In this document: piece by piece, positions 24,701 to 36,700 of the stretch
Layout of the letters: the number at the start of each line of letters is the position of its first letter
How positions within the stretch are numbered: position 1 is the stretch's first letter
Source: Balanoglossus misakiensis
Taxonomy: Eukaryota; Animalia; Hemichordata
Length of the DNA stretch: 64,000 bases
Assembly (NCBI GenBank): GCA_040954595.2
Contig: CM082589.2
Span: 3,486,213-3,550,212, forward strand
Direction of reading: 5' to 3'
Translations under genes and position numbers: made by a program
The notes under the pieces: generated by a model
What the model was told of the DNA's origin: nothing
The model's input: the letters and a program-made list of their open reading frames with translations, nothing else
Database searches by the model: none

Positions 24701-27700
24701 GGGAATAGCATGGGGGAAATCAAGGATTGAAAGACAATAGAAAGTAAAATGTGATTGTGAGTTGGGGAGATCAGGCAAAGGTGGTTGATATTTTTTTCGT
24801 TTTATTATAGCCGTATGATAATATGATGTAATTCAGAATGCTGCGCGCTTAAACGTTCATGGAGATAAGTTAAGCAGCCACCATTCTTGCACCCTACCAG
24901 AATTTCATTCATATGCAAATAACCATGAGAAATTAAAGTGTAGCAAGCAAAAAATTAACGTGCATGCTTCTTGAACACTGCCAACAAAATGTGATGGGTC
25001 ATGAATGTCAAAATGGCGGACAGTTTCCACAGCAACCTTATATACTATCTCCATGACAACGATATGCCGTTTTTTTTTTGAGGCACGAACCACTTACAAG
25101 CCTTTGGATATGAAGCTCACAACGACATAGTTTACAGACACTGAACACAGATATAACATGAAAACATCATCGAAAACACAGCTGGCACATGACATTTTCC
25201 TTCTGTAATTTGCCAATGAGATGAGGAATTGTGAAGTGTTGTATGCAGGACTGAATCTTTTATGGATTTTCGTCATGTGGATAAATAAACCGCAACATAC
25301 CGTTGAGTGAAACTGATACATAGTCTCGCCACCCTAAAGCAAAGGAGGACGTGCCAAAAGGAATAAAAAACAGACAAACAGCAAAAAGAGAAACGAAAAG
25401 AATTGGTATGCACTTTTTGGACAGGATAGACGCAGTCCAACGGAAATAACCATGGGAACGTAAGACCCCAGAGGAGAAGTGCATACAACACTGTCATCCA
25501 ATTTTCTGGGTGTTTTTGTTTGAGTTGATAGAACAGTTCTCAACTTGAAGTAGTTCACAGCGGTGGAAAGCTTAAAGTTAGTGTTAGAATTAAAGAAAAG
25601 AACGAAAATAAAACAGCCACAGACTTAGCTGCACAAACTTTGTTTTTAGTCACACTAAATTTCCTTTTTCACACAAGTCAGGAATTCAGAATTTTATGCA
25701 CACAGCACACAAGCAACAGAGCATCGTACAGAGTTATTTTTGTGAGGTTGTGATATTTTGTTCTTCATTTCTAAAAAAAGTCAAACTTAATCAATTTATG
25801 CAATAGAATGCTATCACCTCAGTAGTTTTGGCTTCAATATCAAAAATGTTGCTTAAACAAACACATTATACTATAAATTTGGTTATGTTTGCCAGGTGCT
25901 AAAATTTGATAAGAAAATCGTTATTTCAATTATAAAAACATGTTTTAAATGAATATAATTAATGTTAATGATTAAGAATAACTAGAATATTTATATAAGT
26001 TATAAGTGACATTATATGGCAAGCCTCAGGGGTCTTAAGTATAGCAATAGTAGTATTTAATGTTGAAGTAGTACGATTATATTTTGATTCGTTAATATAT
26101 TATAAATAAATAGTAGTATTTAATGTTGAAGTGGTACGATTATATTTTGATTCGTTAATATATTATAAATAAATAGTAGTATTTAATGTTGAAGTAGTAC
26201 GATTATATTTTGATTCGTTAATATATTATAAATAAATAGTAGTATTTAATGTTGAAGTGGTACGATTATATTTTGATTCGTTAATATATTATAAATAAAT
26301 AGTAGTATTTAATGTTGAAGTAGTACGATTATATTTTGATTCGTTAATATATTATAAATAAATAGTAGTATTTAATGTTGAAGTAGTACGATTATATTTT
26401 GATTCGTTAATATATTATAAATAAATAGTAGTATTTAATGTTGAAGTAGTACGATTATATTTTGATTCGTTAATATATTATAAATAAATAGTAGTATTTA
26501 ATGTTGAAGTAGTACGATTATATTTTGATTCGTTAATATATTATAAATAAATAGTAGTATTTAATGTTGAAGTAGTACGATTATATTTTGATTCGTTAAT
26601 ATATTATAAATAAATAGTAGTATTTAATGTTGAAGTAGTACGATTATATTTTGATTCGTTAATATATTATAAATAAATAGTAGTATTTAATGTTGAAGTA
26701 GTACGATTATATTTTGATTCGTTAATATAAATAAATAGTAGTATTTAATGTTGAAGTAGTACGATTATATTTTGATTCGTTAATATATTATAAATAAATA
26801 GTAGTATTTAATGTTGAAGTAGTACGATTATATGACACTTTGCAAGTATTATTATTATTTACTTGTTTACTACCTCACTAGAGGGCGCACAATTTTATTG
26901 TCGGCCATTTTCTGTTTGTTTTGCGCGTCTCTGGCAGTCGCAGTCGAAAGAGATGGATATCGAGGCAATATTGCACGAAATAAATTTGGCAACGTTGGTA
27001 GAGAGGTTCAAATATGAGCGGATTGAAGCTCCCACCGTTCTTTCCATGACGGAAGGGGAAATAAAGAGATTGGGAGTTACAAGAGCAGGTGATCGAGTGC
27101 GACTCCGAGACCTTTGCAAGGAAGCAACTCAGCCGTCACCGGCCTAGCTCTGCGTACAGGTCTGTGTGTTCCCGGCGTTATACGGCCTCCACCACAGCCC
27201 TGCAAGGCGCCATAGAAAAAACTGGTGCTTCTGCGGTCCGGATCCGGACTGCAGCTTTTTCGGCCGAAATTCGATTTTATCGAAGCAAAATCCTTTCCCT
27301 GTCTACTTCTGCCCCCTAACCGACTCCAAATATGATGCGATTAACTTGTCCTAACGTCCGAACCGCTCGCTTTCTAAAACTTTTTTGTTTACCCATGGAG
27401 ATAAACTCGCTGTAAGCTTTATATTTAATATGGCGATCTCAACATGTAAACACACAAAAATGAATCAAACGCGAGTGGTTCGGACGTTAGGACAAGTTAA
27501 TCGCATCATATTTGGAGTCGGTTAGGGACCGTTCAGTTTTTACGGCCGGGGGGGGCCCGGCAAAATCCAGGGGGGGGGGGCTCACTTGAATTTTGAAGTC
27601 CACAAGGGGGGGGGGGTCATCTGGTTTTTTTAAACGTTTAGGGGGGGGGGGGTCACATACTTTCGCCACCGAACTTTTGCTTTTGAGTCCACAAAATTGC

Positions 27701-30700
27701 AGTTTCGCACCCTTTATATTACAAATATAATAATTGAGGTGTGAGGAGCCTCATTCCCTTTATTGCATACAGTGTACATAGGATCAGGACGGCGAATGTT
27801 TTGGGCGTGGGGGGGGGGGTCATCATATTTTTGGGTCTGTCAAGGGGGGGGGGCATCATTTTTTGGTCCTGGGTGAAGGGGGGTCGGCCTGATTTTGAGA
27901 ACCGATGACACAAACTTGCCGCCCCCCCCCCTTCCGTAAAAACTGAACGGTCCCTTAGGGGGCAGAAGTAGACAGGGAAAGGATTTTGCTTCGATAAAAT
28001 CGAATTTCGGCCGAAAAAGCTGCAGTCCGGATCCGGACCGCAGAAGCACCAGTTTTTTCTATGGCGCCTTGCAGGGCTGTGGTGGAGGCCGTATAACGCC
28101 GGGAACACACAGACCTGTACGCAGAGCTAGGCCGGTGACGGCTGAGTTGCTTCCTTGCAAAGGTCTCGGAGTCGCACTCGATCACCTGCTCTTGTAACTC
28201 CCAATCTCTTTATTTCCCCTTCCGTCATGGAAAGAACGGTGGGAGCTTCAATCCGCTCATATTTGAACCTCTCTACCAACGTTGCCAAATTTATTTCGTG
28301 CAATATTGCCTCGATATCCATCTCTTTCGACTGCGACTGCCAGAGACGCGCAAAACAAACAGAAAATGGCCGACAATAAAATTGTGCGCCCTCTAGTGAG
28401 GTAGTAAACAAGTAAATAATAATAATACTTGCAAAGTGTCATATAATCGTACTACTTCAACATTAAATACTACTATTTATTTATAATATATTAACGAATC
28501 AAAATATAATCGTACTACTTCAACATTATATACTACTATTTATTTATAATATATTAACGAATCAAAATATAATCGTACTACTTCAACATTAAATACTACT
28601 ATTTATTTATAATATATTAACGAATCAAAATATAATCGTACTACTTCAACATTAAATACTACTATTTATTTATAATATATTAACGAATCAAAATATAATC
28701 GTACTACTTCAACATTAAATACTACTATTTATTTATAATATATTAACGAATCAAAATATAATCGTACTACTTCAACATTAAATACTACTATTTATTTATA
28801 ATATATTAACGAATCAAAATATAATCGTACTACTTCAACATTAAATACTACTATTTATTTATAATATATTAACAAATCAAAATATAATCGTACTACTTCA
28901 ACATTAAATACTACTATTTATTTATAATATATTAACGAATCAAAATATAATCGTACCACTTCAACATTAAATACTACTATTTATTTATAATATATTAACG
29001 AATCAAAATATAATCGTACCACTTCAACATTAAATACTACTATTTATTTATAATATATTAACGAATCAAAATATAATCGTACCACTTCAACATTAAATAC
29101 TACTATTTATTTATAATATATTAACGAATCAAAATATAATCGTACTACTTCAACATTAAATACTACTATTGCTATACTTAAGACCCCTGAGGCTTGCCAT
29201 AACATTACATAAAATAAAAGTTATGAATTAACCCTTAAGGTAAAACATAATGAAAATGTCCTTAAAACCACACAAAATCAAACAACACCCTTAAACTCCA
29301 CACATTAATAAAATAAATCTTACTCTTAAATTTGTATTTGTACTGAGTTTTATAATGTTATAAATAGGCTAATACCAGCCTCTATGATAATTTCCCAGTG
29401 CCAAATATATGTATGACAAAACGGGAGTTTAAATTGTTATGGGGATCCAGATGATTATTGGTGAGATCTATTTCAAGTTGAGAATGTTCCACACAAACCT
29501 GACAACCCGAATAATGGCGGCCGATGATGGTCAATGAAATGTGACTGATCACTGAGTGACACAACAGTACACCACAGACACGTCACAGTACAGCCCACAG
29601 AACGACAGGGACCGACACAGAACAACACAACATGGCACCATACATGTGAACATGAATCAATTTGCATGCTTAATTAGGTACATACCCTGTATTTGCCTTC
29701 TCCGATCTGTAGCACCTGGAATTGCTTGGTGCATGTGCACAGGGAAACCTGTCTTCTCACCTGATTACGAGAAAAACAGGAAAAACATTCAAACATGTAA
29801 ATTATACACATTGGCATCTGAATTCTCAACTAATCTGCACCAAATACATGTCTGAACAGTGTCATTTATGACCAACATCCAAGACCGTTACATCTAGTTT
29901 TGCCACTTATTTGAGGAAAAGATTATATTTTGGCATAAGACATGGACTATATACCTCATCTTGTATCTTTTCAGAATCTGTCTCAGGTTTAACTTTAGCT
30001 CTCTCACTGTCTGGTTTCAAGGCGGCAATGAATTCTTTGTAGTCTATGTATCCGTCTCCATCTCGGTCGAATATGTCTGCCACTGCATTCATCTCCATGC
30101 GGTTGGTTGGGAATTCTATAAAAAGAAAATGAATCAGAAAAAGTTATATGAAGTCCTAATTCACAACGTACAGTAGCATGTTTATTTCCATTGCACCAAT
30201 TCATATTTTCACATACTCCCTGACAGGACATACAAGAAGTCAAACATTCCATTCTATAATTAGCCAACATGGCGGCTAAGTGTTACCACGGTGACAGACT
30301 CACTTGATGACAGGATGCCTTCGATGAACTCTCGCCTCGTCACTTTGCCGTCGTGATCCAGATCGATTCGACGGAAGAAGTCCATCACACGTGACTTCTT
30401 ATGGTTCATCCAACGCATGTATCGCTTTCGCCAATCTTCAAAGTTGAAGTTTCTCATGGCAACCATCTGTAAGTAGAAGAGGAATGCATGCATTGAAAAG
30501 TACTGCTGAAAACAATTTGAACGAGTAGAATGAAAACAAACTGAGCTGCACAGAAGGAATGTACTGACCATTGATTTTTTATCAGTCAAGTTGATAAGGA
30601 ATAGTAATTGTACAGTAGAACCTGTCTAATCTGGAAACCTGTCTATACCGAACACATTTTCCCCGTCCCTTTGACATAGAACCACATGTTAAAAGAACCT

Positions 30701-33700
30701 CTTTAAACTGGACACCTCTGCAAACTGAACAATTTCTTCAGTCCCTTTGGTGTTCAGTTTAGACAGGTTTTACTGTATAAGCTGTTGCCAGTCTCAGTTG
30801 ATAAGGAACAGTTGTTGTATCAAGTGTTGCAAGTCCAACGAAGACATTTTAATGTTGCTCACCTGTGACAATCTGTCGTAGGCATCTTGCAGTTTCCTCT
30901 GTCTGTCCAGCGCCATCACCCAGACGTGCTTCCACTTGTTGAACAGCAGCGCCACTCGGGGATTCTTGGCCGCGTCCGGTCCCGGGCTGGGTTCGCGGCT
31001 GCGCGGCCGGCCGTGGTGGGCCCTCGTGCGGCGAGACCTGTCCGGAAGCGGGATTCCACTGCTGCCGCTCTCGATCGATCGCCGTCGCTTGTGCGGCTTG
31101 ATCAGTCGGTCGACTTCCGGTTGCTTGGTGGTCAGCTCTGCTTGGAATTCCTGGTGCTCGTCCAGCAGTTTCTCCACTTCCGGGAGCTCCTCGGGAATTT
31201 CGTCTTCGTCAAGAGCTTGCAGAGTCTGCTCAGCTCCTTCCAGCCAGGCCAGGAGAACGTCCAAAAGTTCTGCATTGTCCTTCAACATTGCCAGAGCATC
31301 GAGAAGTCTCTTTTCTCTCTGATCCGACCAGTTCTCAACCTGGGCATTAATAAACAAAGCTGGTTATCAGTAATGGGTACAAGTTATATTTTTACTATAG
31401 AAAACAACGGAGTTGGACTGAACCGTGGTGGTGAAAGGGTTACAGCAATTATGGTACACGTCCTTACCTCTGCCCATCTGGCTTCCAAGACTGTTATCCA
31501 GTGCTTGATGACTGTCTCTGCATCCGGATGGCATTTCTTCAGGATGGCCATTCCCATGCCGATGGTCTCCTTCAGCCTTGCCTCCTCGGCGGCCATCAGT
31601 CTCTTGAAGTCCTGCACGGAAGATGACGGCAAAACATCAGAATTCGAGTCAAAATGTGGATTGTTGCATTTTAATTTAACTTGGTGGACAAGATATCGAA
31701 CAGTATGTGGTGGTGTTATTCAATCCTTTACATTCTGACCCTCTGGTGAGTACAACATCTTTCAGAATTTTTGTCTCGAGCTGGGTTTTCGAATGGTCAA
31801 TGTACATGTAATTGACAAACTGGTGAGTTAACTTTTCCGGAGGGGTCGTACCTTGTGTGCCTCCAGGTGTTCTGTGAGGATTTCTTCATCCTCCGGAAGT
31901 GGGCCATGGAATCGTAGACTCTGCTCGGCCTCTGCAAGCCATTCCAGCATGGAATGAACAGCTTGGTGGAATGCTTCAGCCTGAGAATAGGAAAAGAGTG
32001 TGTTACTAATATGATTTTATTTGGCTGAAAGACTGGTATCCCCATGAAGACTTCACTGATATATTTTTTTACTTTCCCTTGAAGAATTCACTAACCTCAA
32101 CCATGGCCGACTTCAGCCTGTCTTGTTTCGAAACACTCAATGTACACACATTCTCCCACTTCTGCGCAAGTTCGTTCAGCTTGGCTTTCAGGTGGGAGGT
32201 GTCATCGCTCGATGTTTCCATCAGCTCCTTTGCAGACTTGTTGACTGACTTCACACTGGTCTTGCGGTTGGCCAGGTCGCGTGAAAATTGCTGTCAAATT
32301 GGCAGAGAACACCAGAGTTAATAAACATAATAAATATTTCCTATTGATTGATAATAACTTTCTGAATAGCAGGTCCTTTATAACATCTACTCTGTCTCTA
32401 TAATAAATACCTTGTGTGCCTCTGTGAGGTTGATAACAGTGTCAATGTCACCATGTACAGGGGAATCTTCTGACAACTGGGGTTCCACTCTGTAAAGCCA
32501 ATCCAGGAGAGCTTGCAAAGCATCTTTGAACTGGCCGGAGTACAAGAGGGCTTCCTCCAGTTTGTGTTGTCTGAAAATAAAAATATATACAAATGTATCA
32601 AGCCTCAATTTAAAGTGTACAATCATCGCTAACTTATACAGGTGGGTACAAGGGCATGTCTGAGTCTTCTAATAACCTACCTGTCGACTGATTTACCGCA
32701 GACCAGATCCCATTTATCTTTGAGGTCCCTCAGCATGCCGTTCATAATCTTCGTGTCCACTGGATTACTCTTGTCTCTCAGTGTACGGCCTGTCCTCACT
32801 ATGTTGTCATACACAGGCTGTTTGGCACCCAGTAATCTCTGGAATTCCTGTAGGTTGGAAAAAATGATAAATGTTAATTTATCTTGACTTTCTGTGCAGA
32901 AAAAATGATGTATGTCTCAGCTGAAATATTTTCATCAGTAGGATGGTATAACCTTTCTCAAAGGAGCACAAGGACCACAAAGAATCAATATTCATCAACT
33001 ACAAGATCATAAATACATGTATGTCTGTCAACATTTCCTGTAGGTTAGGGAGTGCAGGCCCAAAACATGAAATAACCAATTACCTTGTGTTGTCGCAGTT
33101 GTTCTTTCAGTACGTTTGGCTCATTGCCAACAGACTTTGTTGAAGACATCATCTTCTCAGACTCTTCAAGCCAATGGTATAGTTTGGCGTAGGAGTCATG
33201 GAACTGAAATATTTAAAGTAGAAATTGAATTAACAAACCCAGTGTTATACCTTAGAAAGTTACAATATATACCATTAGTGCCCTATTACATGCATTATAC
33301 CTCATTATGTATGCACTATTATTGTCCTCATTTGCATGTTACCTGTTTAGCTTTCTTCATTCCCAGTTCAAGTTGCCGCCTTCTATCAGCACACCTGGTG
33401 AGCACTTTCTCCCACCTGTGTTGTACGCTGACCAGCAGATTCTTGATGAGAATGACGTCTTGCTTCTGGCTGAAATATTTCAACTGCGTTCCAGTCTTGT
33501 CCAGTTCCTTCATGGTTTCGTGCTTGTCTTTCACTTCTTGAGTGAAGTCCTGATACAAGAAAACAAACACCACTTGTATGAAATAAAGTTCTTTTTTGAT
33601 TTTACTCTGATGTAAGAGCTAATGAGTTAATTCTCATATTAATGAAACTATTCCAGAATTGTTCGTCTCTCACCTCATGCTCTTTAATTTGTTTGGTGAC

Positions 33701-36700
33701 ATGATCCAGTATGGTACTAGCTGCTTTGGCCTGGTTCAGGTTCTTCTCTGCAGTCGTTAACCATGAAATGAAGGACTGAAGTGCGTCGTGGAAGGCCTGG
33801 GCTTGTCGCAAGGCTTCTTCTAGTTTTTGCTGTATTTGTAAACGTAGAACAAGTAGGTCAGTGAAGGACATTGGTGAAATGCACAGAAATACAATTTGGC
33901 AATAAAGACAATCAAAGATTATTTCTGTTGTTAACATTGCGGTCTTCTTTGGTCAAAAATCCAATATGGCTGCCACATTTGAAATCACCATAGCGACAGT
34001 ACATACCTTCTTCTCCAACGCCCGCTGTTCCACACTCTGCCATTTGTTCTCCAGTCCATGCAAGGTGTGCTCCACATTAGCGCGACTGTTCTCGTCACTC
34101 TTCTCCAGCAACTGATAACCTTTCTTGATGAGGAAGTCGATGTCTGGCTGCTTGCGGTTCAGGTCCTTCTGCATGTGCTGCGAAAACAGAAATTCCCCGA
34201 TTGTGTTTTAATCAACCGGTACAAGCACATATTTCTTCTCAGAAGGTAACTTTCACAAAGGGAGGGAATGTACAAATAATGCAAAATGGCAGTCAATCTG
34301 TGGAAACAAATAAGGTGACACATGAAAACAGACACTGTAAGCCACAACAGAAATGCACAGAGTACGAATTAACATACACAGAAGCATGGTGCACTAACAA
34401 CGCTGTTGGATGGACCAAAATTCAGATTCATATACAAGCTGAAAAGGCGGATGAAAATTGTTGAGAATTCTTAGTTTTTGGTTTTTCATGTTGCATCAGA
34501 TTCTGAACCTATATCGAGATCTTTTCTGGCCAAAATACACTGAGCAGAAATTTTCAGATTCTTAAAGGATGTACTTTATGTTTTGAAAACGGAGTCAAAA
34601 CGCTGAATGAAGACAAGAGAAAATCTGGACAGTAGAGTCTATAGTTCAGGACTGAAAACATCACGATCACTTACGTTTTGAAATCTTTTCAAGTGGGCCA
34701 TCCAATAATGAATGTGATGGAGTAACGTGACCTGGATTGAACTCTCCTGACAAAGTTGGCACACAGGTGGGCAAAATTTAGTCATTTTTAAGCAATGTTT
34801 GCCGATTCATATTTGGTTATCACACAGGGAACCTTGCCAAATATAGTGCATTTCTCATTTCTGTGTGAGTGTGCGTGATGGCAGCTTTTACGTGTGTTAA
34901 AAATCTACCACCGACTTTTTTTATCACAACGGGCAATAGCTCAAAGCAGAGGCGAGTCAGAAAAGTGAGATTTGACTGTGCCACCCTTGTAAGGAGAGAT
35001 CTTAATCCCTTGCAAGTTACTTGTCTCCTCCGGCAATGCGTTGCGAAAAAATAAAAAGTGCATGACACAAACCACAGACACTTTCTCCAGCGGTGCATCG
35101 CAAACAAAACATAAAAAGCATGGTGCATGACACGAACACCAGAAACTCAAGCGTGACAGGCAAAACACGCTGCAGTGATACAGGCCGGGACGATACTTAC
35201 ATCTAGAGAGCTGTTGAGAGGTTCAAAGCGCATATGCACAATGGTTGCGACAGACTTACAGCGCAGGGTGAAATCATCGGCATGCAAAGTCATGCTCTGC
35301 AAGAAGGGCATGTTTTTTTTTGAGACGACAGAAACATGACACACAGATTGACAAGGTGACAGAAACAGGACTCAGCTTGACAATAACACATACAGAAAGA
35401 ATGCAATACACCGATATTTCCAGAGCATTCGAGCGACAAACAGAAGACATGATGGAGCAACTGACTGTACATGTCTTTGCAAAATAAACGACACAAAATG
35501 GAATAGAATAGAATGCTAAAATCTGATTTGGACACAATGCAAGGTGCATGAACAGTCTTGAATGCCATGCTACATGTAGACATACAAAATGCACATATCT
35601 CTGCCCTACTTTACACCACATAATCTGCATACTGAACAAGTTTTGGTTATTTTTTATTAAAAGCTACTTCAGAGAAACTGCAATTATGAGATTATTAATT
35701 TGTAACAATGTTCATCACTGGTTAATATTTGAGAGAAATAAATAATACTAAAAAATAGGAACCCATATATAATCAAAATTTATCACCAAGATACCGGTAT
35801 ATTTAAGAAATAAAGTTAATCTTCATCATTCAAAAACAACTGCATATTTTCAAGCCAGGAATTAAATATGTTTTACTGTGACATGTGCTTGTCATGTCAC
35901 TTCATGTGAACAGAGAAAAGAAAAAGAATTTAGAAAGTGTATTCTTGTGTACGAAATCATTTCCCACACTGTTGTATTGGACACAGATGGATGGGGACAA
36001 ATTTTAAATCACACTCCGGTTTGCTCAGGGGCATTTTTAGGTATTCCTATACGATAAATTTTTGCATGGATAATAGCAGACAAAAAAGAAAGCATTCTTA
36101 TTGCAGACAGATGCCAGTTAATATTGAAACTAAAACAGAAAGCATTTTTTTGAGCAAGGAATACAAGACGAATGCTATGCAGTTGCCTGAATGGAGATTG
36201 CTTTTCTTGAGGCAAAGTCAACTTAAAATTATAAGATGAACAGGCATTTCTCATTTAACACCACAAGAAAGGAAATTTACAAGAATGAAACAGTGAATAG
36301 TGGAATGAGAGAACATCAAAGTCCCTGTAGCCTTTTGGGGGAAAACTTGTACAAGTCCCTGGAAGATGCAAAGAAAACCAAGCAAGCCTGAATGTATATA
36401 TCTGAACTCACCATGTGATGGTCCAGTTGTTCTTTGGCCGTCTCTGGTAGACCGCCAGTGGGCTTGGACATCTCCAGGTCATGTTCGGCCTTCCTCAGCC
36501 ATTTCATCATCGTCTCCACACCATCCACCCAAGTGTAGGCCTAGGAGAACATTTTGAAAGAATTGACATTAATACACTATTCTCAAAAAGCCTCACATTA
36601 TTGCGATGTAAAATGTATTTTGCTCACTGTATTCTATAAATACTATATTCAATTTGGTACTTATCGTCACTACCATGCATGTAGCTCATTTTCGAATAAA

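Larger units (their letters stand above)
26015..29201. mobile_element. Palindromic (foldback) non-autonomous DNA transposon, IS3EU-like
   Basis: Ends TATGGCAAGCCTCAGGGG / CCCCTGAGGCTTGCCATA; 6-bp TSD ACATTA (26009-26014 and 29202-29207); arms 26015-27370 and 27471-29201 are inverted copies around a 100-bp spacer. Confidence 0.85.

Noticed and set aside
27089-28185. Other ORFs in the foldback arms and MITE (e.g. 27719-28108, 27487-27669)
   Set aside because: They run across element junctions or are poly-Pro readings of G/C tracts; no recognisable domain and no transposase motif.
26015-29201. Inverted duplication as a chimeric-read or assembly artefact
   Set aside because: It has a clean 6-bp TSD, a unique spacer, arm-specific repeat variants and a nested TSD-flanked insertion in only one arm.
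30887-31738. 283-aa + strand ORF and many similar antisense ORFs over exons
   Set aside because: Antisense shadows of GC-rich spectraplakin or sulfotransferase coding exons; no independent gene signals.
34941-36050. Additional possible exons ([14 protein letters not shown] at ~35.0 kb; [10 protein letters not shown] at ~36.03 kb)
   Set aside because: No convincing frame-preserving donor; both run into stop codons.
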